Part shown: positions 1 to 9,266 of the stretch, piece by piece
How the letters are laid out: each line of letters starts with the position of its first letter
Position numbering within the stretch: the first letter of the stretch is position 1
Assembly: GCA_964607485.1 (NCBI GenBank)
Contig: CAZSKP010000008.1
Location: 69,168-133,167 of the forward strand
From: an uncultured bacterium
GTDB taxonomy: Bacteria; Abyssobacteria; SURF-5
Length of the DNA stretch: 64,000 nucleotides
Reading direction: 5' to 3'
Program-made: the position numbers and the translations under genes
Notes under the pieces: generated by a model
What the model was told of the DNA's origin: nothing
The model's database searches: none
Seen by the model: only the letters and a program-made list of their open reading frames with translations

Positions 1-1
1 G

Positions 2-499
2 TTGACGGCGTTTGGTCAGCGCGGGGGGATTGACGCCCCGCGGTTGATGGTTTTGCTGTGGGGGGGGGGGTTCGTGGTGAACAGCGCCGGGCTGGGCGCG
101 GCTCATGCGCGGTTCGCCGCCCGCGTTTTCGTGTCGCTGATTCTCATCGTGTGGATCGCCTGGCTCATTCGGAGGGAGTCCAGCGACCCCGCCGATTTCT
201 GCGAGAGGTGTCTCCTGATAGTGGCGGCGGTCTTCCTGTTCAGTCCCGCACAGTTCCCCCACTATTACATCTGGATCGTGCCGTTCCTGGCGATTCGGCC
301 GCGGGCGTCGCTGCTGCTGTTGACCGTTCTGCTGCCGCTCTACTATCTGCGGTTCTATCTCTATGCCCACGACAAGGTGAACATCTTCGACTACGGCGTC
401 GTGTGGCTGGAGTACGTGCCCGTCTGGTGTCTCCTGATTCGAGAATGGCGTCTCGACCGTCGGCACCGCCCGCTTTCACCCTCGGAGGCCGCCGCCTGA
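2..499 (+). CDS. C-terminal fragment of an integral-membrane glycosyltransferase-like protein (DUF2029/GT87-like), 5' end outside window
   Basis: Open from window start; multiple hydrophobic helices; motif FSPAQFPHYYIWIVPFL typical of DUF2029/GT87 membrane glycosyltransferases; stop TGA abuts next gene start (TGAcATG). Confidence 0.5.
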   Translation: MTAFGQRGGIDAPRLMVLLWGGGFVVNSAGLGAAHARFAARVFVSLILIVWIAWLIRRESSDPADFCERCLLIVAAVFLFSPAQFPHYYIWIVPFLAIRPRASLLLLTVLLPLYYLRFYLYAHDKVNIFDYGVVWLEYVPVWCLLIREWRLDRRHRPLSPSEAAA

Positions 500-500
500 C

Positions 501-2510
501 ATGAGACACGAAGCCAATGTCGCCGTCATCATTCCCGCATTCAACGAGGAGCCGTCCGTCGGCAAAGTCGTCTCGGCCATTCCCGCATGGATTGACGATG
601 TCGTCGTCGTGGACAACGGCTCGAGCGACGCCACCGCCGAGGTCGCCCGCGCCCACGGAGCGCGTGTCGTTTCGGAGCCGCGGCGCGGCTACGGCTCGGC
701 CTGCCTGACCGGCATCGCCGCCCTCAAAGGTCCCGGCGTAGTCGTTTTTCTCGACGCGGATTTCAGCGATTATCCCGAGGAGATGAGCCTGCTCGTGGAC
801 CCCATCGCACAGGGAGAGGCCGACATGGTCATCGGCTCCCGCACGCTGGGTCGGCGCGAATCCGGAGCGCTCACGCCGCAGGCGCGGTTCGGCAATTGGC
901 TCGCCTGCACGCTCATCCGCCTGCTCTGGAAGGTCAGCTACTCCGACCTCGGGCCCTTCCGGGCCGTCCGACTTGCCACGCTCCGGCGTCTCGACATGCG
1001 CGACCGTAACTACGGCTGGACGGTCGAAATGCAGATCAAGGCGGCGCGTGAGGGAATCAGAATCAGGGAGGCGCCGGTCAGCTACCGAAGGCGGATAGGG
1101 AAGTCGAAGGTGTCCGGAACAGTCAGGGGCGTGCTCGGAGCAGGCACGAAGATTCTTTACACCATTTTCCTCGCTGCGGCCGGGGCGCTTCCGGGTGACG
1201 AAGAGAGAGCGCCTCGCGAGCGTCTGATTGTTTTCACGCGCTATCCGGAGCCGGGCAAGACCAAGAGCCGCCTTATTCCCGTTCTTGGAGCGGAGGGCGC
1301 CGCCGAGTTTCAGAGGCAGATGACCGAGCACGCCATGGCACAGGCGAGGGAGGTCATAAACGAACGTTTAGTATCAGTTGAGGTGCGATATGAGGGTGGC
1401 GATAAACGACTGATAAGAAAATGGTTAGGACCAGGCCTCTCCTATTGCCCGCAGGGCAACGGCGGCCTCGGCGAGCGGATGGCGCGCGCATTCCGCGAGG
1501 CGTTCGAGGCCGGGATGGAGCGGGTGGTGCTTGTGGGAACGGACTGCCCGAGCCGCACGGCGGCTATCATGCAGGGGGCATTCGACGCACTGATTGGAAG
1601 CGACCTCGTGCTCGGACCGGCCAGCGACGGCGGCTACTATCTGATCGGTCTGCGGCGGATGGCGCCGGAGTTGTTCGTGGACATGCCGTGGGGAACGGCA
1701 GAGGTGATGAAGCGCACGATGAACGTTGCAGAGCGCGTCGGCATATCGACCGTGGTGTTGGAGACGCTGGACGACGTGGACCGGCCGGAGGATCTTCCCG
1801 TATGGGAACGGGAGGTGCGGGGCCGCTCGGCGATGCGCGTGTCCGTCATTGTCCCGACGCTCAACGAGGCGCTCACCGTCGCCGCGACGCTGGCGAGCAT
1901 CGGGGACGCGTCGGACATGGAGGTCATCGTTGTGGACGGGGGCAGCAGCGACGAGACCGTGGAAGCGGCGAGGGCGTTTGATGTGAAGATACTCGTCTCG
2001 GCCCCCGGCAGAGCCAAACAAATGAACGCGGGCGCGGCCGCCGCGACGGGCGACGCGCTCCTGTTCCTCCATGCCGACACTCGTCTGCCGCGAGGTTTCG
2101 AGGAGCATGTGCGTCGGACGCTGGACCGGCCCGGGGCGGTCGCGGGAGCTTTTCGACTGAGAATCGACGCGCCGGCGCGAAGGTTCAGGGCCATCGAGCG
2201 AGTGATCAATTGGCGGTCCGGACGCTTGCAGATGCCGTACGGCGACCAGGCGCTCTTCCTGAGGGCGCGTCTGTTTCGCGAGATGGGTGGTTTTCCGGAC
2301 ATCCCGATCATGGAAGACTTTGAATTTGTGAGGCGTCTGCGCCGGCGGGGCACCGTCGGCATCGTTTTCCTTCCCGTCGTCACTTCTGCGCGCCGGTGGC
2401 TGGCTCTGGGCCCATGGCGAACGACCCTCTTCAATCAGATGGCGATTGCGGCTTACTACGCGGGCGTCTCGCTGCCGCGCATCGCACGGTGGTATCGCCG
2501 CGACTTCTGA
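501..2510 (+). CDS. Three-domain glycosyltransferase: GT2 (N) - DUF2064/TIGR04282-like (middle) - GT2/TIGR04283-like (C)
   Basis: 669 aa; N-terminal VIIPAFNEEPSVGKVV...VVDNGSSDAT...DADFSDYPEE (GT2, dolichol-P-mannose synthase-like); middle RLIVFTRYPEPGKTKSRL...GERMARAF (DUF2064-like); C-terminal SVIVPTLNEALTV...VIVVDGGSSDET (second GT2). Confidence 0.75.
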   Translation: MRHEANVAVIIPAFNEEPSVGKVVSAIPAWIDDVVVVDNGSSDATAEVARAHGARVVSEPRRGYGSACLTGIAALKGPGVVVFLDADFSDYPEEMSLLVDPIAQGEADMVIGSRTLGRRESGALTPQARFGNWLACTLIRLLWKVSYSDLGPFRAVRLATLRRLDMRDRNYGWTVEMQIKAAREGIRIREAPVSYRRRIGKSKVSGTVRGVLGAGTKILYTIFLAAAGALPGDEERAPRERLIVFTRYPEPGKTKSRLIPVLGAEGAAEFQRQMTEHAMAQAREVINERLVSVEVRYEGGDKRLIRKWLGPGLSYCPQGNGGLGERMARAFREAFEAGMERVVLVGTDCPSRTAAIMQGAFDALIGSDLVLGPASDGGYYLIGLRRMAPELFVDMPWGTAEVMKRTMNVAERVGISTVVLETLDDVDRPEDLPVWEREVRGRSAMRVSVIVPTLNEALTVAATLASIGDASDMEVIVVDGGSSDETVEAARAFDVKILVSAPGRAKQMNAGAAAATGDALLFLHADTRLPRGFEEHVRRTLDRPGAVAGAFRLRIDAPARRFRAIERVINWRSGRLQMPYGDQALFLRARLFREMGGFPDIPIMEDFEFVRRLRRRGTVGIVFLPVVTSARRWLALGPWRTTLFNQMAIAAYYAGVSLPRIARWYRRDF

Positions 2511-2629
2511 GAGCAAGCAGGGCAGGCACAGGGGCCTGCCCCTACATTCACTCGCATGGTTGTCCGTTGTTCGGCAACCATCTTGCCCTTGTGACGTACC
2601 TGCTCTCTGACAGTATGCATACACTCACC

Positions 2630-2657
2630 GTAGGGGGGCACGGCCGTGCGCCCCTAC
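2630..2657. repeat. REP-like palindrome, copy 1 (GTAGGGGGGCACGGCCGTGCGCCCCTAC)
   Basis: 28-bp near-perfect palindrome beginning with GTAG; same element at 32658 and 33801; spurious ORFs translate it as GAHGRAPL. Confidence 0.8.
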
Positions 2658-2711
2658 ACAATTTTCCCTCACAACTGCCAATTGTGTCGCACACTCGATT
2701 CGGATTTTTTG

Positions 2712-2740
2712 TTGAAATTCCCCGCGCGTACTGTTAGAAT
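2712..2740 (+). promoter_or_regulatory. Sigma70-like promoter TTGAAA-17-TAGAAT upstream of the FHA-domain gene
   Basis: Hexamers with 17-bp spacer; RBS AAGGAGG precedes the GTG start at 2791. Confidence 0.45.
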
Positions 2741-2790
2741 TTATATACCTACGGTTTGGGAAGGACCGCCAGAGTGAAGGAGGGGAGGCG

Positions 2791-4335
2791 GTGGTCCCGA
2801 TTCTACCATTCTTCAGGATGGGAGTAGTCATCCTCATTCTCGCACTTTCTTCCTCGAACGCAGCCGCAGTCATAACAGACACTTCGAATATCATTGTCAG
2901 AGAGGGCGTTGGATTCGGCGATATCATTCTTGGCAACCGCCGGTGCACCAAGGAATTCATCAAGTCGAAGCTGGGACCTCCGGATAAGGAAATAAAGCAC
3001 TGGATTAGTTACCAAAGCACCACCGGCTTGGATTTCTTGATGGCGAATAGAGGGGATTTACTGATTGAGATCAGGCTGAACAGGGGATTCAGGGGCAAGC
3101 TGAGCACAAACATCTCTCTCTCCTCCTTGATGGATGATGTATTCTCTGTGTACGGTAGGCCGGTGGCTGAAGAGTTTGTTGACAACATTCAGCCGTGTTT
3201 TGACAACAGGAAACTATATAGACAAGGAAACATTGGCAAACTGTTCTATAACGAATACGGATTACTGTTCTGGTTCAGCGGGAATCGAATAACCCAGATA
3301 GTGGTTTTTAGAACGGGCCCGGGTGCCCCGCCTTTACCAAAGCCGCTTCAAATCAAGCCACGGGTGGCGATCAAGCCCCAGGAGGTGATCAAGCCCCTGG
3401 AGGCGAAAGTGGTGACAACATTCGACGTGCCGATTGATCGGCGCTATCCCCGGTGGGGTCCGCTGGTGCGAATCAACAGGCTTTGGGACTTTGTGAAGAT
3501 GCTCTGGGTGTACTGGTATTATACGCTCGCCGCGCTCGTGACCTTGGGATTTCTCCTGAAGGATTCCATTCGGAAGCTGTACTACCGCTGGCGGCCTTTG
3601 CCTGAGGGCAGGCTTTTGATTGTGAAGGGCCCCACCAGGGCGGAGAAGAGCAACATCAACATATGGTATCAAGCCAGGCTGCTCAGGAAAAGGCGGCTGA
3701 CTGTCGGCTCGGGAGAGGGAGTGGACATTCGTCTCTCTCACAAATCGGTGGAACCGCTGCATGCCCGGGTCTGTGCACGCAGGTTCGAGGGGCATGTGGT
3801 CACCTACATCGAGAGACTGGGGGGCGGAAAGGTCGCCGTCAACGACGTGTGTGAACGGATCATGCCGCTGGCCGACAACGCCGACGTGAGGATTGGAGCG
3901 TTCCGATTCCAATATGAAAGACCGACCGAGTATCGTCAGGTGCAGGTCCGTTACAGGAACGGCAGAGTGGTTGAGGGAGTGCCCACCTCGTGGGATATCA
4001 ACAGCGCCGGGTTTACGCTGATTCCCAGCAGGGCGGCCTCGTGGGTCGAGGCGGTATTCATCCGTTTCGAAAAACTCAGGGGTGTTTACTTCATGCAGGA
4101 CTGGGATGAAGACGTGCGCAACAACCTCCTCAAGGGCGGAAGACAGCTCCGCAAGCACCCGGCCACCATCTGCTTTAGAGATGACGAAGAGCTCCCCGGC
4201 TACCTGATAGGAGACTACCAAGAGCAGGCTCGGCGGTTCTATTTCTTTCCGAAGGACCAATCGGGCGAGACGGTATACATCCTGGTCGAGCGGCGCGGCG
4301 TCAAGTCGGTCGAACAGATGCAAGAAGCTCAATGA
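2791..4335 (+). CDS. Single-pass membrane protein with periplasmic N-domain and cytoplasmic FHA domain
   Basis: GTG start preceded by AAGGAGG; signal-like N-terminus, internal TM (LWVYWYYTLAALVTLGFLL); FHA-like segment RLTVGSGEGVDIRLSHKSVEPLHARV...GGGKVAVND. Confidence 0.6.
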   Translation: MVPILPFFRMGVVILILALSSSNAAAVITDTSNIIVREGVGFGDIILGNRRCTKEFIKSKLGPPDKEIKHWISYQSTTGLDFLMANRGDLLIEIRLNRGFRGKLSTNISLSSLMDDVFSVYGRPVAEEFVDNIQPCFDNRKLYRQGNIGKLFYNEYGLLFWFSGNRITQIVVFRTGPGAPPLPKPLQIKPRVAIKPQEVIKPLEAKVVTTFDVPIDRRYPRWGPLVRINRLWDFVKMLWVYWYYTLAALVTLGFLLKDSIRKLYYRWRPLPEGRLLIVKGPTRAEKSNINIWYQARLLRKRRLTVGSGEGVDIRLSHKSVEPLHARVCARRFEGHVVTYIERLGGGKVAVNDVCERIMPLADNADVRIGAFRFQYERPTEYRQVQVRYRNGRVVEGVPTSWDINSAGFTLIPSRAASWVEAVFIRFEKLRGVYFMQDWDEDVRNNLLKGGRQLRKHPATICFRDDEELPGYLIGDYQEQARRFYFFPKDQSGETVYILVERRGVKSVEQMQEAQ

Positions 4336-4414
4336 CCCGGCTCGGTCATTGGTAGAACCAAGTCGCATGCCGTTTGGGAACGGGCAGAAGGGGCAGTAGC
4401 CGTACGGGGGGCCG

Positions 4415-6511
4415 ATGAGCACGCTTGTCTACTATCTGAAATACTTCGTTTACATCATCCTTTTCCTTCTCTCCACCTGCGGGATAATCGAACGTCCATC
4501 GGACACTGGGGAAGTTTGGGAAGTCCGCAAAGCCCAGTGGACCGCCCGGCAGCAGGAGCTTGCCACCCTGAAGCCGCCGTATACCGAGTGGGATTGGGAG
4601 AAGAAGCCCGACAGTTCGAGGCTCACGATTCAAAACGCGGTCTGGGCGATCACCAAGCAGGTTGGAAAAAAGTACAACCATCAGAAATCCCACAAGAACA
4701 CCTACCCGATATGCCGCCAGTGGATCCAGCCGGACTTTGAGAACAAGCCATGGAAAGAGGCGGTGGCGGATATTCTCGCTCCGTACGGTCTGACCTATTT
4801 CATGGAGGGTAACACGGTTGTGTTGATAAAGGTCGAAGACGCGGCGAAGAGAGACGCGATGCTGCGGGCGCTGTCCGAGGATATCGCGCGCTTCGTGTCG
4901 TCCGACTCCGAGCCGCCGCGGCTGCACGACGCCGTCATCGTTTTCCCCCTGCTGGACGAAAGCGGGAAGACGACGGAGCTGGGTATGCTGCTCTCGGAGC
5001 TTGGGATGTTGAAAGCGACTTACACTCCCCACAAGATGTTCAATCTGCACGTGCCCTCTATCATTGCGCCGAGGCTGAGCAGCCTTTACAGCGACGTGGG
5101 ATTCGAGGAAGCGGGAAAACCTCTCACGCCGGAATATCGCAAGAGAATCATGGCCCGGTTCGGCGCGAACGACTCGGCCGTCGGGACACTGGAGCTCGCC
5201 GCCGACGGCTCATTCCGCGTCGTGTTGAGCTTCGAGGGAGAACACGGAAACAGAGAGTTTTCCACGAGCGGCCCGAAGGGCGAGCTCTATCACGTGCCGC
5301 AATGGATAGCACGCTGCGTCCATGAATATTGCGGGATGGACCTGTCTCCCGCGCAACAGGAGTACGTGAACAGGCCCGACCTCAGCGACACCGCCGCTCT
5401 ATTCGAGTTGCTCGAGCTGGAAACTCAATACAAGGCCGGCAGGAAGAACCGCGAGCCCTGGAGAGTCTTCCTGAGATTCAATCCCCGTTCCATATTCGCG
5501 CTCTACCGCTACTACCTTGTCTCCACAGGAGAGAAGCAGGACGACTCGTTGAATTACATAACCGGGGCTTTGAGAGATGGAGGGGGCCATGAGCTCCTGA
5601 GGTTCCTCGAGGCGGACTGGTATCGCTCCGACGACGACGACGAGAATGCTGTTCCGAAGTTCCTCGAACTCCTGAAAACCGACTATCGGAACGAAGAGCT
5701 CTACCAAAGGATGGACGGAGACCTGATGAATCTCGGCCTGGGCGAGAGCGCTGTGTCGCTTTACGACTTCTGGAGGACGCACGAGCCCGATTCGTACCTG
5801 CCACTTCTGGAGGAGGGCGTTTTCTACGTGAATTACGCCTGGCACGCGCGCGGAAGCGGGTGGGCATGGACGGTCACCGAAGACGGCTGGAAAAAATTCC
5901 GCGAACGCCTCCCGCAGGCCGAGGAATATCTCTCGCGCTCATGCGAACTCAATACGACCGACCCGCGCGCTCCCACCGAACTCATGATAGTCGCCAGAGG
6001 GTTGGGGTACGGCCGCGGGCAAATGGAGAAGTGGTTTAAGAGGGCTGTCGAGGCATACCCGCCGCATTACGATGCATACAGAATGAAGCTCACCTACCTG
6101 ATGCCCAAATGGGGCGGCAGCCGTGAGGAAATGTTTGCCTTTGCGAGAAAGTGTGCGGCCAATCCGCCTGAAGGGTCGCGCGTGGCGATGATGCTGCTTG
6201 AAGCGCACGAGCAAATGTCCTATGACTTGGGTGACTATGAGAGAGACTGGGCGAAATACTACGAGAATCCCGAAGTCTGGAGGGAACTCAAGGGGATGTA
6301 CGAGAAGTATCTGCTCGAGCATCCCGAATCCGTGTGGGACAGGAACTTTTTCGCAAAATACTCATTCTACGCGCACGACTACGGGGAGGCGGTGCGCCAG
6401 TTCCAGCTCATCGGCACGGATATTGAAAAGCGCTGTTGGGGTTCGGACAGATATTACTACCAGTGCAGGGCCGAGGCTTACGCGAAGGCGGGGGGCGGGC
6501 AGCGTCGCTGA
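4415..6511 (+). CDS. Membrane-anchored hypothetical protein, C-terminal half DUF4034-like (TPR-like)
   Basis: 698 aa; N-terminal TM; C-terminal region (VNYAWHARGSGWAW...YLMPKWGGSREEMFAFARKC) resembles DUF4034; family assignment unverified. Confidence 0.5.
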   Translation: MSTLVYYLKYFVYIILFLLSTCGIIERPSDTGEVWEVRKAQWTARQQELATLKPPYTEWDWEKKPDSSRLTIQNAVWAITKQVGKKYNHQKSHKNTYPICRQWIQPDFENKPWKEAVADILAPYGLTYFMEGNTVVLIKVEDAAKRDAMLRALSEDIARFVSSDSEPPRLHDAVIVFPLLDESGKTTELGMLLSELGMLKATYTPHKMFNLHVPSIIAPRLSSLYSDVGFEEAGKPLTPEYRKRIMARFGANDSAVGTLELAADGSFRVVLSFEGEHGNREFSTSGPKGELYHVPQWIARCVHEYCGMDLSPAQQEYVNRPDLSDTAALFELLELETQYKAGRKNREPWRVFLRFNPRSIFALYRYYLVSTGEKQDDSLNYITGALRDGGGHELLRFLEADWYRSDDDDENAVPKFLELLKTDYRNEELYQRMDGDLMNLGLGESAVSLYDFWRTHEPDSYLPLLEEGVFYVNYAWHARGSGWAWTVTEDGWKKFRERLPQAEEYLSRSCELNTTDPRAPTELMIVARGLGYGRGQMEKWFKRAVEAYPPHYDAYRMKLTYLMPKWGGSREEMFAFARKCAANPPEGSRVAMMLLEAHEQMSYDLGDYERDWAKYYENPEVWRELKGMYEKYLLEHPESVWDRNFFAKYSFYAHDYGEAVRQFQLIGTDIEKRCWGSDRYYYQCRAEAYAKAGGGQRR

Positions 6512-6576
6512 GCGGCTGCCGCGCCGACGACGAATTCGGCGACGCCCGCCAAGATCGAAATCCAGGGGAGGGCCAA

Positions 6577-8256
6577 GTGAACCAAAATACTTCCGCAACT
6601 ATGTCGTCGGCAAGCATGCACGACGGATACCTGTCTGAGGAGGCCAAGCGGAAGTTCAGCATCACGGCGGGCATCCTCGGCGCGGCGTTCTTCTTCCTGC
6701 AGATGTTCGCGCCGTTCTTCGCGATGATGCTCATCTTTCCCGCCCTTTTCCTCGGCGCTTTTCAGTTTCGGGAGTACGACCTCGACGGCGCGGCGGTGTT
6801 CGACAACCACCTTTATTTCTTTGTCGAGGACGTCGGTCCGAGCGCGGGCAAAGAACCCTCCAAACTGATGCGGCTCGACCTGAGCAAGATTCCGGCAACC
6901 GAGGCGCGGGATAAATCCTGGTGGATGCTCCCCGGGTCCGCTCGCGCACGGCAGCCGGAGCCGGAGGAAGTCGCAGAGCTGAGCGGCAAATCTCTCTCGA
7001 TTCTCGCGAATGGGAAGAAACTGCTGGTGCTATCCGGGTCGGAGATGTGGGAGCTGAGGGATGGAAAGCTCGTCACGGTCGGCTCCTACGCTTCGCTTGG
7101 CAACTTCTCGCGGCCGTTTTACTACGAGGGACTGCCGGCCGTCGTGCAGAGCCGGCCCAACGCGCTCTTCCTGGACGTGTTCAGGGACGGAGAATGGGAC
7201 AAGAGTATCCTCGATCTCAAGAAGAACCCGCAGTTCGGCACTATCGGTCGATACCTGCAGGTCGTAACGATAGACGGCGCAAGCCATGTGTTCCTGAGAG
7301 ACGGCAAGGTACTCTTTCACCGGGTCGGCTTTCCGTCCGGGAGTTCCGAACATCTCGGCGACGACTGGCAGACTGTGGGCTTTCCGGAATGCGGGTGGCG
7401 GAGCTTTGTGTCGGATGGAAAACCCGCCGTCCTGCTTCGGGACAAGAAGGGGCTGAGCGGAGTCCGCCTGGAGGGGGGGAGATGGTCTGAATTTTTCAAA
7501 GTCTCCGCCGGTCCCTCGGTCGAAGGTTTCTTCCCGCTGCCTCCCGTCGGCGGCCACGTGAGGATTGCAGTCTCACACATGCCGTTTTCGTTCGCGGTGT
7601 ATTCCATCGAAGGGAACCGGTTGATTCTGAACGGCCGGATAGGCAGAGGGTTTCCTTTCCCGCCTGGGTTCATGGCGGTAATGTTCGTTCCTCACCTCGC
7701 GAACCTCATGTTTCCGATCATACTCGCCTTCATCCTTTCCGGTCTGATGCTGCGCTACCGCGTGTCGGCTCACTCGTACGGCGGGGAGACGGCGCCGTAC
7801 GCGTCGCTGATAAGGCGGGCGTTCGCGCAGGTGGTGGACGGCGTCATTCTTGTGGCCGGAATGCTCCCCTTCATCATCCATATTTTCCACGCGTTCGACA
7901 CGCTCAGCACCAACATGGACGCGCCGTTCTTTCCCGTTTATTTCCTGACGACCTTCCTGCTCAGCTTCATCTGGCCGATCATCCTGCTGTTTGTATTCAG
8001 CGCCACCGAGGGAATTTGGGGGATAACTCCCGGCAAGTGGCTGCTCGGGATACGGGTGGTCGGCACCGACCTGAAACCGTGCGGATTCTGGCGCGCCCTG
8101 CTGAGAAATTTCCTGAAGGTGGTCGATGGATTCTTCAATTTCATGGTCGGCATACTCATCGTGGCTTTTACCAAAGACTGGCAGCGCGTGGGCGATATGG
8201 CCGCCCGGACTATCGTGATACGTAGGGCGCCCAGGCAGCCGAAAGAAGCGGCGTAG
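6577..8256 (+). CDS. RDD-family membrane protein with large N-terminal repeat/beta-rich domain
   Basis: GTG start 5 nt after GGGGAGG (track ORF begins earlier at 6436, overlapping the upstream gene); C-terminal RDD domain with multiple TM helices (...GKWLLGIRVVGTDLKP...ARTIVIRR). Confidence 0.6.
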   Translation: MNQNTSATMSSASMHDGYLSEEAKRKFSITAGILGAAFFFLQMFAPFFAMMLIFPALFLGAFQFREYDLDGAAVFDNHLYFFVEDVGPSAGKEPSKLMRLDLSKIPATEARDKSWWMLPGSARARQPEPEEVAELSGKSLSILANGKKLLVLSGSEMWELRDGKLVTVGSYASLGNFSRPFYYEGLPAVVQSRPNALFLDVFRDGEWDKSILDLKKNPQFGTIGRYLQVVTIDGASHVFLRDGKVLFHRVGFPSGSSEHLGDDWQTVGFPECGWRSFVSDGKPAVLLRDKKGLSGVRLEGGRWSEFFKVSAGPSVEGFFPLPPVGGHVRIAVSHMPFSFAVYSIEGNRLILNGRIGRGFPFPPGFMAVMFVPHLANLMFPIILAFILSGLMLRYRVSAHSYGGETAPYASLIRRAFAQVVDGVILVAGMLPFIIHIFHAFDTLSTNMDAPFFPVYFLTTFLLSFIWPIILLFVFSATEGIWGITPGKWLLGIRVVGTDLKPCGFWRALLRNFLKVVDGFFNFMVGILIVAFTKDWQRVGDMAARTIVIRRAPRQPKEAA

Positions 8257-8372
8257 GCCGGCCGAAGCAAAGTGACCTATTACCCTGCATTTGGCTCTTT
8301 ACCTCAGGAAAGATATAATTTCAGAACACTTGTGTCCTGATCTCATTCTCCCAACAACAAAGCGAGGCCAAC

Positions 8373-9056
8373 ATGAATGCATTTCCCTCCAAGCAAAATG
8401 ATAGTAATGCCAAGAGTGCCAAAAATGAGGAATCTACATATACTAGCCGTACGCATAATAAGAATGATGAAATAGCCCAATGCAATAAGAAAGAAAGCAA
8501 GCACAAACAGAAGGTAAGCTGGCCAGATTGGATTGTTGCCATCTGTACTATCGTCATCGTCGCTATCATGTTCTTCTATACTAAGTTTGCCGCCCAACAG
8601 GTCGATGAAACAAGGCGAGCAATAAAGCAGGTAGGGGAACAATTTGCTTTGGGCCAACGCCCTTGGTTGCACGTTGAACCGGCGGGCGGCTACCCAGCAA
8701 GAGGGCAACCGACACAAATCGCCATAATTGTTAAAAACGCTGGCAAGACTCCTGCCTACAATGTAACTAGCGCCATAATTTGTGAAAAAAATACTGTGCC
8801 TGATTATGCTAAGGAAAACAGCGAGCCGGAACCGCAATTGATAATACAGCCCGGGCAATCGAGGTGGATTAAAAAAGATTCCAATTTCGCTGAAAATGTT
8901 CTCGCCGATGCAGAGCATTTCTATGTTCACGGCATTATTAGGTATAGCGATATGTTCGAGAAAGACCATTGGATTACCTTCTGCTTTATCTATGACACCA
9001 GAGCACATGATTTCTATACCACATATAAAGAACACAACGACATAGACAGTAATTGA
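8373..9056 (+). CDS. Hypothetical single-TM protein in an AT-rich islet
   Basis: 227 aa, K/N-rich, one TM (IVAICTIVIVAIMFFY); base composition sharply lower GC than flanks (8260-9060). Confidence 0.5.
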   Translation: MNAFPSKQNDSNAKSAKNEESTYTSRTHNKNDEIAQCNKKESKHKQKVSWPDWIVAICTIVIVAIMFFYTKFAAQQVDETRRAIKQVGEQFALGQRPWLHVEPAGGYPARGQPTQIAIIVKNAGKTPAYNVTSAIICEKNTVPDYAKENSEPEPQLIIQPGQSRWIKKDSNFAENVLADAEHFYVHGIIRYSDMFEKDHWITFCFIYDTRAHDFYTTYKEHNDIDSN

Positions 9057-9119
9057 TCGCTTTATCATTCCCGATACCTCCCGCTTTCAAAGTGACCCAC
9101 TGCCGGCCGAAGAGTTCGC

Positions 9120-9148
9120 TTGACAGGTAATTGACGCAGTGGTATACT
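9120..9148 (+). promoter_or_regulatory. Consensus sigma70-like promoter TTGACA-17-TATACT
   Basis: Exact TTGACA, 17-bp spacer, TATACT; located right after the AT-rich islet, ~120 bp upstream of ORF 9267. Confidence 0.45.
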
Positions 9149-9266
9149 GTGGTCTCTAGCACGGTAGGTAAACGTCGACTCGAAGACGCAGGGGGGATCA
9201 GTCGGCGCCCGCACATTCCATCGACTTTTCCACAGGCTGCACTCCCACGTCATTCTGTTTGACAGC

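Noticed and set aside
240-2624. Long antisense and overlapping ORFs throughout (e.g. 240-1331 minus, 1425-2624 minus, 3334-4422 minus, 13916-15484 minus, 16547-18295 minus, 36198-37880 plus, 38596-40608 minus, 40703-41983 plus, 43110-45734 minus, 59443-60696 minus, 60200-61261 minus, 61398-63320 minus)
   Set aside because: Typical high-GC shadow ORFs. Arg/Ala/Pro-rich low-complexity translations, no RBS, and each overlaps a gene with clear family motifs on the other strand.
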